64,000 nucleotides of DNA from NCBI GenBank assembly GCA_963840965.1, contig CAWJAW010000009.1, forward strand, positions 256,487 through 320,486, given 5' to 3'. Under the pieces are notes generated by a model that searched no databases, had not been told where the DNA came from, and worked only from the letters and a program-made list of their open reading frames with translations. This document shows, piece by piece, positions 9,488 to 20,679 of the stretch; the first letter of the stretch is position 1, and every line of letters begins with the position of its first letter. The translations under genes and the position numbers were made by a program. Source of the stretch: an uncultured Bacteroidales bacterium (GTDB taxonomy: Bacteria > Bacteroidota > Bacteroidia > Bacteroidales > VadinHA17).

Positions 9488-10579
9488 TTGGATAAAATCA
9501 AAAATATACTTATTTGTCCGCTTGAATGGGGACTTGGTCATGCCGGACGCATGATACCGCTTGCAAAGGAGCTTCAGAAACGTAATTACAATGTTATAAC
9601 AGGATGCGGAAAGGTTCATCAGGAGCTGTTCAGCCGTGAACTGCCCGGTGCAGGGCACATCTATTTTCCGGGTTTCAGGCCAGGTTATTCGAGGTTCATC
9701 CCGCAATGGATTTTTCTTCTTCTCAAAACGCCTCTTCTCTTTTATCATATTGTTTCGGAACATATAAGGCTCAGACGGATCATCCGAAAGCACGAAATCG
9801 ACCTTGTGATAAGCGATAACCGTTTCGGGGCATGGAGCAGGAAAGTAAAAAGCGTATATGTCACCCACCTTCCTGTCATCCCGCTGCCCGACAGTCTGAG
9901 ATATCTCGAGTGGATCGGAGTACTGTTCCACAGGTTCTTCATCAACAGGTATTCGTACTGCCTTATTCCCGACCTTCCGGGCAAAATAAACCTGTCGGGC
10001 CGTCTCACACACGGGATAAAGCTTCCCAGGAACGTCAGGTTCATCGGGATACTGTCGAGGTTTTCAGGCATGACACCTACGGAATCGAATAATTTCAGTT
10101 TCCCTCACAACACCGTAGTATTATCGGGACCTGAACCACAGCGAGGCATCCTCAGGCGTAAAGTAACAAATGCCCTGAACCACTGGGATACAACCACAGT
10201 TGTGCTGGAAGGGAAGCCCGGTCACGAAACCAGGTCTGCAGCTAACGGAAAGGTAATCTCATACAATCACCTGGCAACCGAAGAAATGAGGGATGTTCTG
10301 GTCTCAAGCAGCAGTATCATCACCCGTTCGGGCTATTCTTCGATAATGGAGCTCATAAGCATCAGGTGCAGTGCAATGCTGATACCCACTCCGGGCCAGA
10401 CTGAGCAGGAGTACCTTGCCAGGCATCTTGCAGCAAAGGGATGGTTCCTCACAATCACTCAGAGACAGATCGATAAAATGATAACCCTTCCTCATCCTGA
10501 GCCGGCATGGCCCGACCTGATAATTGAAGAGAGCAGGGATCTGCTTGAGAAAGCTCTTGATGAGATCCTAAATCAGTAA
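9488..10579 (+). CDS. glycosyltransferase (GT-B, MurG/GT28-like)
   Basis: N-terminal ICPLEWGLGHAGRMIPLAKEL (G-rich loop) and C-terminal ITRSGYSSIMEL...PTPGQTEQ nucleotide-sugar-binding-like motif. Confidence 0.7.
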   Translation: MDKIKNILICPLEWGLGHAGRMIPLAKELQKRNYNVITGCGKVHQELFSRELPGAGHIYFPGFRPGYSRFIPQWIFLLLKTPLLFYHIVSEHIRLRRIIRKHEIDLVISDNRFGAWSRKVKSVYVTHLPVIPLPDSLRYLEWIGVLFHRFFINRYSYCLIPDLPGKINLSGRLTHGIKLPRNVRFIGILSRFSGMTPTESNNFSFPHNTVVLSGPEPQRGILRRKVTNALNHWDTTTVVLEGKPGHETRSAANGKVISYNHLATEEMRDVLVSSSSIITRSGYSSIMELISIRCSAMLIPTPGQTEQEYLARHLAAKGWFLTITQRQIDKMITLPHPEPAWPDLIIEESRDLLEKALDEILNQ

Positions 10580-11200
10580 AATAAACAGAATTATAATCAG
10601 GAAACCTGTCAGGTAGCCGGTCCAGACCTGTAAAGGATCGTGGGAATTCAGTTTAAGCCTTGCTGCGAGGATAAACCCGCTTGCTGCCAGCACCGCAAAA
10701 AGGTACCATGGTATAGGTGTGTACATCTTAACCCAAAGAGAGAAAACCGTTGCGGTGAGCGCTCCAGCCCCGGCTGCATGTATCGAGATTTTCCACCAGA
10801 AGTTGATCATCGACACCACGATCGACAGTACCGCTGTGGCAAAGATGAATGACTTGAGAAAGAACGGGATCTGATACCTGAGAACTATAAATGAGGTGGT
10901 GAAATACAGCATTGAGGCCGTCAGCATTGGAATAATACGTTCCCTTCTGTCCTCGAGGTGGTAAGAACTGATGAAGTTCCTCATCCTTAAAAAAGGAAGG
11001 AGCAGAAGCGGAATAAGAACATTGTTTACAAGCACCACGAGTAAGAGGACTCTTTTGGCTGAAGGAGGAAGGTATTTCAGGAATGTGGGAGCCGATATAA
11101 GAATTACCAGTCCGTACAATGGCATGAATAACGGGTGGAAGATGAACGAAAGGATTCTTGCCAGCTTGTCGGTTAAAGTGATATTGTTAAGGTTATTCAT
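10568..11200 (-). CDS. polytopic membrane protein, PAP2-like
   Basis: About 6 TM helices. Degenerate PAP2 motifs ISIHAAG and ARLKLNSHDPLQV. Confidence 0.55.
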   Translation of the reverse strand: MNNLNNITLTDKLARILSFIFHPLFMPLYGLVILISAPTFLKYLPPSAKRVLLLVVLVNNVLIPLLLLPFLRMRNFISSYHLEDRRERIIPMLTASMLYFTTSFIVLRYQIPFFLKSFIFATAVLSIVVSMINFWWKISIHAAGAGALTATVFSLWVKMYTPIPWYLFAVLAASGFILAARLKLNSHDPLQVWTGYLTGFLIIILFILLI

Positions 11201-11217
11201 TCGTGGTCTGGAGTAAT

Positions 11218-12678
11218 TCAGATTTCCCTTCTTAGCCTGGCAACGGGTATGTTGAGTTGTTCACGGTATTTGGCAACGGTTCTGCGGGCTATCTGATATC
11301 CCTTTTCCTGCAATATCTCGGTAAGCCTCTCATCGGTAAGAGGTCTTCTCTTCTCCTCATTCTCGATGCAGTCCTGCAGAATTCTCTTGATCTCCCTTGT
11401 TGACACCTCTTCACCGCTGTCGGTCTGTAGCCCTTCCGAGAAGAAATATTTCAGAGGCATAATACCGAAATGTGTCTGGATATATTTGCTGTTGGCAACC
11501 CTCGACACGGTTGAAATGTCAAGTCCGGTCATCTCGGCAACATCCTTCAGGATCATCGGCTTGAGCCTTGTTTCATCGCCGTCGATGAAATATTCCTCCT
11601 GATAATTAAGGATGGCGTTCATGGTGAGCAGCAGTGTATTCTGCCTTTGCCTTATGGCATCGATAAACCAGCGGGCCGAGTCGATTTTCTGTTTCACGAA
11701 CAAAACCGCCTCCTTCATCTCCTTTTTTTGTCCCTTGTCTCTGACGTACGACTGAAGCATCTCGTTATAGGAGGAATTAAGGCGCAATTCGGGGAGGTTT
11801 CTTGAATTAAGGTGGAGGTCGAACCCTTCCTCCGTATGCTCGAGAATGAAGTCGGGTATGATTGGCTGTGACGATCTGTTGAAGGAATCGCTGTAAAGGC
11901 TTCCCGGCTTGGGATTAAGCTTCAGGATCTCATCGATGGCAGCCTTGAGCTGTGTTTCGGTGATCCCCATTTTTGAAGTTATCTTGTCGTAGTGTCTTTT
12001 GCTAAACTCCTCAAAATACAGATCGATCAGGGTGTAGGCTGTCTTCAGCGCAGGCTGGGTCCGGTCCTTAATGGCAAGCTGGATCAGCAGGCACTCCCTC
12101 AGGGTTCTTGCTCCAACGCCAGAGGGATCAAGATCCTGGATTATCTCAAGGACCTCTTCCAGCTCTTTTTCAGTTGTGGTAACATTCTGAAGAAAAGCAA
12201 GGTCGTCGACGATGTTTACAAGTTCGCGCCTCAGGTATCCGTCTTCGTCGATATTTCCCAGGATATATTCACCCAGGATGTTCTGTTTTTCAGTAAGGTC
12301 CCTTAGTCTGAGCTGAGCTTCGAGGTGTTCCTGGAATGTTGATCCGACCGAGAACGGTATCTCGCTTCTTTTTTCGTCTTCCTTGCTGTAGTTGTTTGTC
12401 TGCAGGCGGTACTCGGGGATTTCGTCTTCCTGTATATAGTCGTCGATTGTGAATTCTTCCTGGTCCTTATCATTATCCTCATACTGATCCTCTTCAGCCT
12501 CCAGCGGGGAGACGTCATCATCTTCCTCGGAGCCTTCTTCGAGGGCAGGATTCTCCTCCAGTTCTTTCTTGATCCTCTGTTCGATCTGAAGAGTGGGAAT
12601 CTCCAGCAGCTTGATCATCTGGATCTGCTGCGGAGAGAGTTTCTGGAGAAGCTTCTGCTGTAATTTCTGCTTTAGCAT
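11218..12678 (-). CDS. rpoN: RNA polymerase sigma-54 factor
   Basis: MLKQKLQQKLLQKLSPQQIQMIKLLE.. N-terminus, an acidic region, and a C-terminal RpoN box ARRTVAKYREQL. The ATG at 12678 avoids overlap with asnS. Confidence 0.9.
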   Translation of the reverse strand: MLKQKLQQKLLQKLSPQQIQMIKLLEIPTLQIEQRIKKELEENPALEEGSEEDDDVSPLEAEEDQYEDNDKDQEEFTIDDYIQEDEIPEYRLQTNNYSKEDEKRSEIPFSVGSTFQEHLEAQLRLRDLTEKQNILGEYILGNIDEDGYLRRELVNIVDDLAFLQNVTTTEKELEEVLEIIQDLDPSGVGARTLRECLLIQLAIKDRTQPALKTAYTLIDLYFEEFSKRHYDKITSKMGITETQLKAAIDEILKLNPKPGSLYSDSFNRSSQPIIPDFILEHTEEGFDLHLNSRNLPELRLNSSYNEMLQSYVRDKGQKKEMKEAVLFVKQKIDSARWFIDAIRQRQNTLLLTMNAILNYQEEYFIDGDETRLKPMILKDVAEMTGLDISTVSRVANSKYIQTHFGIMPLKYFFSEGLQTDSGEEVSTREIKRILQDCIENEEKRRPLTDERLTEILQEKGYQIARRTVAKYREQLNIPVARLRREI

Positions 12679-12692
12679 GCCTGTCCGCTGAA

Positions 12693-14081
12693 TTAAAATT
12701 CCGCGTTTCTGGGTGTTCTTGGAAACGGAATTACGTCCCTTATATTTGACATACCTGTCATAAATAGTATCATTCGCTCGAATCCCAGTCCGAATCCGCT
12801 GTGAGGTGCCGTTCCGAATTTTCTTGTCTCGAGGTACCACCAGAGATCCTTTTCGGGAAGTCCGAGTTCCCTAATCCTGCCGATAAGTCTTTCGTAATCC
12901 TCTTCTCTCTGCGAACCGCCGATAATCTCTCCTATTCCCGGGAAGAGTACATCCATTGCCTTGACCGTCTTTCCGTCGTCATTTTGTTTCATGTAGAATG
13001 CCTTGATCTCCCTGGGATAATTTATAAGGATCACCGGTCTTTTGAAATGCTCCTCGACTAGGTATCTTTCGTGTTCTGCCTGCAGATCTCTTCCCCAACC
13101 CACAGGGAACTCCCATTTTTTATCTGCGGAAATGAGGATATCAACTGCCTCGGTGTATGTAAGTCTCACAAATTCGTTTGAAACTACAAAATTAAGCCTT
13201 TCAAGCAGTTCTTTGTCAATCATGCTGTTAAGGAACTTCAGGTCATCGCTGCAATTGTCGAGCGCATACCTGATGAGGTATTTCAGGAAATCCTCGGCAA
13301 GGTCCATATTGTCCTTAAGGTCGTAGAATGCCATTTCGGGCTCTATCATCCAGAATTCGGCCAGATGTCTGGGGGTATTAGAATTTTCGGCCCTGAAAGT
13401 TGGTCCGAATGTGTATATTTCTCCGAGGGCGAGCGCTCCCAGTTCTCCCTCAAGCTGACCGGACACCGTAAGATTGGTTGGCTTCCCGAAGAAGTCCTGA
13501 GTGTAGTCAATCGCTCCCTCTTCATTCCTCGGGGGATTGCCGGGTTCAAGAGTTGTAACCTGGAACATTTCGCCGGCGCCTTCAGCATCGCTTCCGGTAA
13601 TTATCGGAGTATGAAGATAGAAGAACCCCTTATCGTTAAAATACTTGTGAATGGCAAAGGCCATTGCATGTCTTATCCTGAATACGGCTCCGAAGGTGTT
13701 TGTCCTGAAGCGGAGATGAGCATGCTCCCTGAGAAATTCCATAGAATGGCCTTTCTTCTGAAGAGGATAGGTCTCAGCATCGCATTTCCCGTAAACTTCG
13801 ATTGCCGAGGCATTAATTTCCACATTCTGACCCTGTCCCTGCGATTCCACAAGCTCTCCTGTCACTGCTATGCATGCGCCGGTTGTAATATCCCTGAGCT
13901 GGCGCTCATCGAAATTGGCCATATCGGCCACCACCTGAATGTTGTTAATCGTTGAACCGTCGTTGAGGGCAATGAATGAGATATTCTTATTTCCTCTCCG
14001 TGTCCTGACCCAACCCTTTACCAGGACTACCTTTCCGACCACAGGGTCTGAAAGAAGCTCCTTAACTTTTTTTCTTTCCAT
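12693..14081 (-). CDS. asnS: asparagine--tRNA ligase
   Basis: Class II ligase with an OB fold ([23 protein letters not shown]) and motif 3/C-terminus [20 protein letters not shown]. Start MERKKV preferred (ORF extends to 14099). Confidence 0.92.
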   Translation of the reverse strand: MERKKVKELLSDPVVGKVVLVKGWVRTRRGNKNISFIALNDGSTINNIQVVADMANFDERQLRDITTGACIAVTGELVESQGQGQNVEINASAIEVYGKCDAETYPLQKKGHSMEFLREHAHLRFRTNTFGAVFRIRHAMAFAIHKYFNDKGFFYLHTPIITGSDAEGAGEMFQVTTLEPGNPPRNEEGAIDYTQDFFGKPTNLTVSGQLEGELGALALGEIYTFGPTFRAENSNTPRHLAEFWMIEPEMAFYDLKDNMDLAEDFLKYLIRYALDNCSDDLKFLNSMIDKELLERLNFVVSNEFVRLTYTEAVDILISADKKWEFPVGWGRDLQAEHERYLVEEHFKRPVILINYPREIKAFYMKQNDDGKTVKAMDVLFPGIGEIIGGSQREEDYERLIGRIRELGLPEKDLWWYLETRKFGTAPHSGFGLGFERMILFMTGMSNIRDVIPFPRTPRNAEF

Positions 14082-14316
14082 ACCAGAAATAGATGTCACA
14101 AAATTTTCCCCCGCAAAAGTAATAAAATGTTAACCTTAAACTCCAATGTCATAGTCAGAATTTTATCAAGTGACTTCCTGCTAATGAGATAATTTGCCTA
14201 AAATGATAATATTTCTGTCCTAATTCAGTTTTATGATAGGCTGAAATCAGACGTTTTGCCCATCCTTTCAGGAAAATGAATAACTTTGAATATATAACAG
14301 TAAACCGATTGTCAAT

Positions 14317-15174
14317 ATGGAAGAGAAAAAGAAACTCGTAGTAGTGCCATGGGATTTTACAAAAGTTGCAGAATCGGCTTTGGCACATGCTGTCAAGATA
14401 GGGCGCCAGGTGCGTGCTGACATCTGTCTTCTTCATGTGGTCGATCCAGGGATCAAGACGAGGGAAGAAGGAGAGAAAAAAAGTCTCCTGAAGCATATTG
14501 CTGGTGAGAATGCCGTGAAATACAACATTGCAATTTTGTCGGAGGTGGTAAGGGGAAGCATTTTCTCGGCCATTACTGATTTTTCAAATGATGAAGACAG
14601 GAACACAAGCCTTGTTGTAATGGGAACCCATGGCATGAAAGGGATGCAGAAGCTAACCGGAAGCTGGGCCCTCAAGGTGATAGTCCACTCGAAGGTACCC
14701 TTTATCGTTGTTCAGGATCCCCCGGTTGATCAGAACAGGTATCACAACATCGTTTTCCCTGTCGATTTCAGGGTTGAGGATAAGGAAAAGATGGGAATGG
14801 CCATCTTCATGGGGAAATACTTCGATTCAAAGATCCACATTCTGAAGACCATGCCGTCGGACAAGGGGCTTTCGGCCAAGGTAAACAAGAACCTCAATTT
14901 TGCCATCAAATATCTGATCCAGAACAATGTTGAATATGAGATCCATGAGACGAAGTCGGGAAAAATGGCACAGAAAACAATCGACTTTGCGAATAAAATC
15001 AATGCCGATCTCATTCTCATAGTCACCACCAAGAGTCCGACTTTTGCCGATTACATGCTCGGGGCGTCGGAGCAGGAGATCATTGCCAACAGTTCGAGGC
15101 TTCCGGTTTGCTGCGTAAATCCGAAGGCATCATTTGCGAACACTTCGCAGTTTATGGGAGGCTGGCAGGCTTAG
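14317..15174 (+). CDS. universal stress protein (tandem Usp domains)
   Basis: VVMGTHGMKGMQKLTGSWALKVIVHSKVPFIVV and a second Usp-like half. Confidence 0.8.
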   Translation: MEEKKKLVVVPWDFTKVAESALAHAVKIGRQVRADICLLHVVDPGIKTREEGEKKSLLKHIAGENAVKYNIAILSEVVRGSIFSAITDFSNDEDRNTSLVVMGTHGMKGMQKLTGSWALKVIVHSKVPFIVVQDPPVDQNRYHNIVFPVDFRVEDKEKMGMAIFMGKYFDSKIHILKTMPSDKGLSAKVNKNLNFAIKYLIQNNVEYEIHETKSGKMAQKTIDFANKINADLILIVTTKSPTFADYMLGASEQEIIANSSRLPVCCVNPKASFANTSQFMGGWQA

Positions 15175-16825
15175 GAGCCGGTTTTACCAGAAACGTTGCG
15201 AGCACTGCTGCAATCAGCGAGAAGAAAAAAGTCGTCAGACGCGCGGGGACTCCCTTGTGCATAAAGGCCGCGGAAATTACCTGCAGTCTGCCGTCGTTGC
15301 CGGAGAACCCGGCTTTTTCTTTTATAGCTGATTCAAACCGCGACAGTTTTACAAACCTTTCCCCTTCAAGCGCCAGCAGAGGCTGGCTTTCTTCCATTGC
15401 TATCACATTTCTGTCAATAAGAGTCTGCACCTTTTCCCCGGTAATCCTGTAGTTCTGTTCATAGCCTCCGCTTATCCAGAATATTGTGAACAGCATTCCG
15501 GCCACAACGGTTATGATTGCGGCCCTCCCGTGGTATCTCTTCCAGAAAAGGGTAAGGAGCACCACGACCGAGAAGGTGCATCCGATTCCGGCCCAGACAT
15601 AGCTAACAATAGTAAAAATAAGGTCCGACGGTGATATATAGGAAAGGCCCAGGGCGACAACCGCCAGCAAAGCCGTTGTTATCCTGTGATGTCTGAGGGT
15701 AAGAACAGGAGCTTTTTCTTCATCATCCGTTTCCTTTTTCTTCATCACATTCTCAGTGAGTTCAGTAGCTGAAAGGATAAGAAGCGAATCGGCTGTCGAG
15801 ACCATTGCAGCTATGGCGCCGGTGATCATTATTCCTGCAAGCACGGGATGGAACAGCTTCAGCATCACGCTTGGCATAACATATTCGGGGTCGCTGAGTC
15901 CCGACGGTCCGAACATTGCAAGGCCTATCCATCCTATCATCAGGGCTCCGGCGTATGCGATGATTGTCCAGGCAATTCCTATGTTCCTGGCCTTTTTTGC
16001 CTGCCGGGCATCCCTTATCGACATGAACCTCACGCTCAGCTGGGGCTGGCCTCCAAGGTATCCGAAAAACCAGCTGAAGCCTCCGGCTATCAGCAGGCCG
16101 GCTCCAAATCCACTTGCGGTTCCCTTGAGAGAAACATAGCTGCTGCCTGCCTTCGAAAGGGCTTCACTTATTCCCGTGGCATAAAGCTCAGGATGGTCCG
16201 TAAGGTAAATGATACCTGCTATCGGTCCTGCAACAAGAATAATTATCATCAGTATCCCCTGTATAACATCGGTGTAAACGACGCTGCGGAATCCGCCGTA
16301 CACTGTGTATGGAACTATAATCGCAGCCGTGAGTATGGCTCCTTCCCAGGGTTTTATTCCAAACAGAGTATGGAGAGTCTTTCCTCCTCCGAGAAACTGA
16401 GCCCCGACGTAGAAAAAGAAGAAAAACACTATCACCAGGCTTGAGATCATCCGCAACATCCTGCCTGTTTCGCCGTGCCTGGCGGCAATGAATCCGGTGA
16501 AGGTGGTCACGTTGTATTTCTCTGCTTCATCTCGGAGCCGCCAGGCAAGCAAAGCCCATGCTGAAATTATCCCTGCAACGCATCCGGCCGCTGTCCATAT
16601 CTCAGTCAATCCCATTGCATAAGCTGCCCCGGGGAGTCCCAGGAGCGCCCATGATGATTCACCTGTAGCTCTTTCCGAGAGAGCCGCCACCCACCCGGGG
16701 AGTCTTCTTCCGGCTATGGCAAAATCCTGACCTGTTTTCACCTTTCTTCCCTGATACACTCCCCACAGGATAAGAAGGGATAAATAGCTGATCATGACGA
16801 TTATCAGAATGGTCTGGTTTCCCAT
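15152..16825 (-). CDS. sodium:solute symporter family transporter
   Basis: About 13 TM helices with an SSF-like N-terminal pattern (GRKVKTGQDFAIAGRRLPGWVAALSERATGESSW). Confidence 0.85.
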   Translation of the reverse strand: MGNQTILIIVMISYLSLLILWGVYQGRKVKTGQDFAIAGRRLPGWVAALSERATGESSWALLGLPGAAYAMGLTEIWTAAGCVAGIISAWALLAWRLRDEAEKYNVTTFTGFIAARHGETGRMLRMISSLVIVFFFFFYVGAQFLGGGKTLHTLFGIKPWEGAILTAAIIVPYTVYGGFRSVVYTDVIQGILMIIILVAGPIAGIIYLTDHPELYATGISEALSKAGSSYVSLKGTASGFGAGLLIAGGFSWFFGYLGGQPQLSVRFMSIRDARQAKKARNIGIAWTIIAYAGALMIGWIGLAMFGPSGLSDPEYVMPSVMLKLFHPVLAGIMITGAIAAMVSTADSLLILSATELTENVMKKKETDDEEKAPVLTLRHHRITTALLAVVALGLSYISPSDLIFTIVSYVWAGIGCTFSVVVLLTLFWKRYHGRAAIITVVAGMLFTIFWISGGYEQNYRITGEKVQTLIDRNVIAMEESQPLLALEGERFVKLSRFESAIKEKAGFSGNDGRLQVISAAFMHKGVPARLTTFFFSLIAAVLATFLVKPAPKPASLP

Positions 16826-17040
16826 GATATCAGATTTAGAGGTTTATCAAATTTATAAATTTTTTCGCGCCGTTCATAAAGCTATATGTTCGGATCTGAT
16901 CCAGCCCGTGACTCCACCCCAACACCCGCCTTCAGGATTTCACCCCCACACTCCCCAGGAGGGCCTTAATAGTCTTTTTATGTTGTAAAACCCAACCCCA
17001 TCCACTATCTTCGCATTCACAAACTCATATCCACTGGTTC

Positions 17041-17955
17041 ATGTCAATTGTAGTACAGGGCGTTACAAAGCTATATGGCAGTCAGAAAGCCCTCGATAAT
17101 GTTTCGTTTGAGATAAAGACAGGCGAGATCGTCGGATTTCTCGGTCCCAATGGTGCGGGCAAGTCGACCATGATGAAGATCATCACCGGCTTCATGCCCC
17201 CTACATCGGGAAAGGTGTTTGTGAACGGCATTGATACAGCCGGCGGGTCGCTCGAGATCAAGAAGAGGATCGGCTATCTGCCCGAAAACAATCCTCTCTA
17301 TCCCGAGATGTATGTAAGGGAATACCTTAAGTTTGCTGCCACACTGTACAAATCAGTACTTCCCGTAAAGGATCAGATTGACAACATCATAAAGATTACC
17401 GGGCTGGAGCCGGAGCAAAAAAAGAAAATAGGTTCACTTTCTAAAGGCTACCGTCAGAGAGTTGGTCTGGCGCAGGCTCTTATTCATAATCCCGATGTGC
17501 TGATACTGGACGAAGCCACCACAGGTCTAGATCCGAACCAGATAGTTGAGATAAGGAATCTCATCCGGGATGCCGGGCAGGAAAAGACAGTAATGCTGTC
17601 CACTCACATAATGCAGGAAGTAGAAGCGATCTGCGGCAGGGTGATTATCATCGACAAGGGAGTCATAGTGGCCGATGAAGAAAAGAGTGACATCTATTCG
17701 AAGATCAGCAGGGCACGGCAGACCATCCTGGTGGAGTTTGACAGGGATACAGATGAAGCTCTCCTGAGTGCGATCCCCGGAGCCGGAACGGTCAGAAAGG
17801 CAAAGGACAGGATCTGGATAATCGAGGCGCCGGGTGAAGCCGATGTCCGTCCGGCAATATTCTCATTTGCAGTCAGTAACAATCTTACAGTGCTGTCGCT
17901 TCAGAAACAGGAAAGCAATCTGGAGGAGGTGTTCAGGATGCTGACTAAGGCGTGA
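17041..17955 (+). CDS. gldA: ABC transporter ATP-binding protein, GldA-like
   Basis: Walker A GPNGAGKST, signature LSKGYRQR, Walker B LILDEATTGLD. N-terminus and length match the gliding-motility GldA as I recall it. The symbol is tentative. Confidence 0.75.
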   Translation: MSIVVQGVTKLYGSQKALDNVSFEIKTGEIVGFLGPNGAGKSTMMKIITGFMPPTSGKVFVNGIDTAGGSLEIKKRIGYLPENNPLYPEMYVREYLKFAATLYKSVLPVKDQIDNIIKITGLEPEQKKKIGSLSKGYRQRVGLAQALIHNPDVLILDEATTGLDPNQIVEIRNLIRDAGQEKTVMLSTHIMQEVEAICGRVIIIDKGVIVADEEKSDIYSKISRARQTILVEFDRDTDEALLSAIPGAGTVRKAKDRIWIIEAPGEADVRPAIFSFAVSNNLTVLSLQKQESNLEEVFRMLTKA

Positions 17956-17966
17956 GGGCATGAATG

Positions 17967-18011
17967 TCTTGCAAGTCGTGCAGGTCATGCAGGTCGTGCA
18001 GGTCGTGCAGG
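17967..18011. repeat. 9-nt tandem array (GTCKTGCAR) x5
   Basis: gtcttgcaa gtcgtgcag gtcatgcag gtcgtgcag gtcgtgcag. Confidence 0.9.
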
Positions 18012-18021
18012 CTTTGCACTT

Positions 18022-18122
18022 CGTAGCTTTCTTTGAACACCGTAGCTTTAGCGAAGGTGTTAGCGAAGAAGTGTCATTTCTCTGCGAAAACTCTGCGGTT
18101 TTCCTCTGCGAAACTCTGCGAG
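18022..18122. repeat. dispersed composite element; inverted copy at 43467-43592
   Basis: The reverse complement of 18022-18068 matches 43467-43513 at 46/47 positions by hand alignment. 18080-18122 is similar to the reverse complement of 43551-43592. Confidence 0.85.
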
Positions 18123-18292
18123 AAATTCTTGTTTTTCTAGCTTCTTTTTCCTTCCTTTGCCCCTCAGAATATGGTGGAGAAATTTGAGCTGATTGCAACC
18201 ACAGGAAAAAATGCTAAAATGCCTCTGATCCCGTCTTTCCAGTCAACCATTATTCCCACCAAATGTTGATATGTTAACTTAACAATTAAGAT

Positions 18293-19639
18293 ATGGGTTA
18301 TCTATTTACATCCGAATCAGTTTCGGAAGGGCATCCTGATAAGGTTGCCGATCAGATATCAGACGCTCTTCTTGATGAGTTCCTCAAGTGGGATCCCGAA
18401 TCAAAAGTGGCATGCGAGACTTTTGTAACGACCGGTCTTGTCCTTTGCGGCGGGGAAGTCCGCACCGAAGGCTGGGTCGATGTTCAGGAGACGGCGCGCC
18501 GCGTTATAAGGGAAATCGGCTATACAAAGGCCGAATACAGGTTCGACTGCGATTCGTGCGGAGTGATTTCCACAATTCATGAGCAGTCGCAGGACATCCG
18601 ACAGGGAGTTGACAGGGAAAAGCCCGAGGATCAGGGAGCCGGCGACCAGGGCATGATGTTCGGCTTCGCATGCCGCGAGATGGACAATTACATGCCTCTC
18701 AGCATCGAACTGGCTCAGACTCTTCTGAAGCAGCTTGCCGCGATCAGGAAAGAAGGGAAACAGATGAAATACCTCAGGCCCGACAGCAAATCGCAGGTTA
18801 CCATTGAATACGATGACAACAACAAACCTGTCAGGATCGACACCATAGTCATCAGCACCCAGCACGATGAATTCGTTCTTCCCGAAAATAAATCTGCAAA
18901 GGCAGCTAAAAAGGCCGAGCAGGAAATGCAGAATAAGATAAAGGATGATCTGAAGAAAACCCTGCTTCCCCGGGTCAAAAAGCTTCTCCCTAAAGAAATT
19001 GGCAAACTCATCAATGACGATGTGAAGCTACTGGTCAACCCTACGGGCAAGTTCGTTATCGGCGGACCTCACGGGGACACCGGGCTCACGGGCAGGAAGA
19101 TCATAGTCGACACCTACGGCGGACATGGAGCTCATGGCGGAGGCGCTTTTTCAGGGAAAGATTCATCTAAAGTCGACAGGTCGGCAGCCTATGCCGCCAG
19201 GCATATCGCCAAGAACCTGGTGGCTTCGGGAGTCTGCGACCAGGCACTGATCCAGATAGCATATGCAATCGGGGTGGCACAGCCGGTTGGGCTTTATGTA
19301 AACACTTACGGAACGGCAAAGGTAAAGGACAAGAAAGACAGGATACTGCACGACAGCGAGATAGCAGCCGTGCTGAATAAGCTGTTCGACCTCAGGCCTT
19401 ATTCAATTGTTGAACGTTTCGGACTGAAGAACCCGGTGTTCCTTTCTACAGCAACCTACGGTCACTTCGGACGCATCAATGAAACCAGGGAGGTAGAGGT
19501 TTACTACCCTGTCAAAGACTCAAAACCTGTCGGAACCAACGGAAACGGCAAGGAAGTCTATAGAAAGAAAGTTGAGTTCTTCGCGTGGGAGAAGCTGGAT
19601 TATGTTGACAGGATAAGGAAGGCGTTCGGGTTGGTTTAG
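18293..19639 (+). CDS. metK: S-adenosylmethionine synthase
   Basis: [25 protein letters not shown].., [42 protein letters not shown]. Carries a Lys-rich insertion. Confidence 0.95.
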   Translation: MGYLFTSESVSEGHPDKVADQISDALLDEFLKWDPESKVACETFVTTGLVLCGGEVRTEGWVDVQETARRVIREIGYTKAEYRFDCDSCGVISTIHEQSQDIRQGVDREKPEDQGAGDQGMMFGFACREMDNYMPLSIELAQTLLKQLAAIRKEGKQMKYLRPDSKSQVTIEYDDNNKPVRIDTIVISTQHDEFVLPENKSAKAAKKAEQEMQNKIKDDLKKTLLPRVKKLLPKEIGKLINDDVKLLVNPTGKFVIGGPHGDTGLTGRKIIVDTYGGHGAHGGGAFSGKDSSKVDRSAAYAARHIAKNLVASGVCDQALIQIAYAIGVAQPVGLYVNTYGTAKVKDKKDRILHDSEIAAVLNKLFDLRPYSIVERFGLKNPVFLSTATYGHFGRINETREVEVYYPVKDSKPVGTNGNGKEVYRKKVEFFAWEKLDYVDRIRKAFGLV

Positions 19640-19662
19640 TTTTACAGGTCTTGCAGGTCAGT

Positions 19663-19694
19663 ACGACTTGCACGACTTGCACGACTTGCACGAC
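19663..19694. repeat. 9-nt tandem array (ACGACTTGC) x3.5, inverse of the 17967 array
   Basis: acgacttgc x3 plus acgac. The reverse complement is GCAAGTCGT. Confidence 0.9.
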
Positions 19695-19715
19695 AAAACT
19701 CCCGGCTTTGCCGCT

Positions 19716-20670
19716 TTAAAACGCCGCTTTCACAATCCTTGCAACATTATCCGACCTGCCCAGCGTGTAGTAGTGTATCCCCGGAACTCCTTCAGCGATA
19801 AGATCTTTAGACTGCTGCACGGCCCATTCGATGCCCACTTCACGGGCTTCATTATCGTTCTTGCATTTTCTCAGGGCTGCCACGAGGTCGTTCGGCATAT
19901 CAATATGAAAAGTCTGGGGAAGAAGATTGATGTCATTCACCGCCGATATGGGTTTAATCCCTGCAATGATCGGAACATCAATTCCTATCGATCTGCATTC
20001 ATCCCTGAACCTGTAGAATTTCCTGTTGTCGAAGAACATCTGGGTCACTATGTAACTTGCTCCCGTTTCAACCTTGAGCTTTAAATTCTCAAGGTCAACC
20101 TGCCTGTTGGGGGCTTCAAAGTGCTTCTCGGGGTAACCGGCCACGCCGACGCAGAAAGATGCGGGCGCCGTATCCTGAAGTGATTCCTCAAGATATTTTC
20201 CGTTATTCATATCAACGATCTGCTGAACCAGCTCCCAGGTATGTGAGTGTCCGTCCTTTTCAGGAATAAAGCTGCGGCTTCCCCTCTGGGGATCGCCCCT
20301 CAGGGCAAGCACATCATTTATCCCGAGGAAGTTCATCTCGATAAGTACGTTCTCGGTCTCTTCCTTTCGTAAAACCGCCGCAAAGGACATGAGGAACCAC
20401 CGGGATGTCGTATTTATATTTCACCGCCGCCGCAAGGGCAAAGGTACCCGGACGTTTCCTCACCACCCTTTTCTCGAGCAGTCCGTCAGGACGCTCACGG
20501 TAAACAGTCTCATTACGGTGGGAAGTGAAATTTATATAGGCCGGACTGAATTCCATCAGCCGGTCGATTGTGGCATAAACCCTTTCAATACTGTGCCCTT
20601 TCAGGGGCGGAAGCAGTTCAAAAGTGAATAATGTACCTTTTGCGCTTCGGATCTTTTCAATAACACTCAT
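19716..20670 (-). pseudogene. metF: methylenetetrahydrofolate reductase, frame-broken
   Basis: Two ORFs (20314..20670 and 19716..20390) join as ..PHVLCGGFTK|EETENVLIEMNFLGINDVLALRGDP if one extra G in the coding-strand AAAGG (+ strand about 20363-20364) is removed. Confidence 0.85.
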
Positions 20671-20679
20671 ACAAACCTC

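Noticed and set aside
12679-12840. 5' extensions of ORFs: the N-terminal 54 codons of the rpoN ORF, rbfA 3821..4066, amidohydrolase 7142..7228, rnr 33926..34027, trpS 3989..4054.
   Set aside because: The extensions overlap neighbouring genes or intergenic repeats. They precede the conserved family N-termini, so the internal Met starts fit the homologues better.
17863-18198. ORFs translating simple repeats. Examples: MQVVQVVQ.. at 17960..18187, YRIPHTAYRIPHTAYR at 27399..27617, 27006..27221, 38267..38488, 43354..43659, 8525..8722.
   Set aside because: Their periodic amino-acid patterns arise directly from 7-9-nt tandem arrays. Both strands are open and no protein-like composition is present.
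20355-20372. Programmed ribosomal frameshifting at the metF, metH or adhesin breaks.
   Set aside because: No slippery heptamer or downstream stimulatory structure was seen at the sites. Each of the seven sites checked by hand (one in metF, one in metH, five in the adhesin locus) is repaired by deleting a single nucleotide, and no common sequence context links them. This is more consistent with indel errors or mutations.
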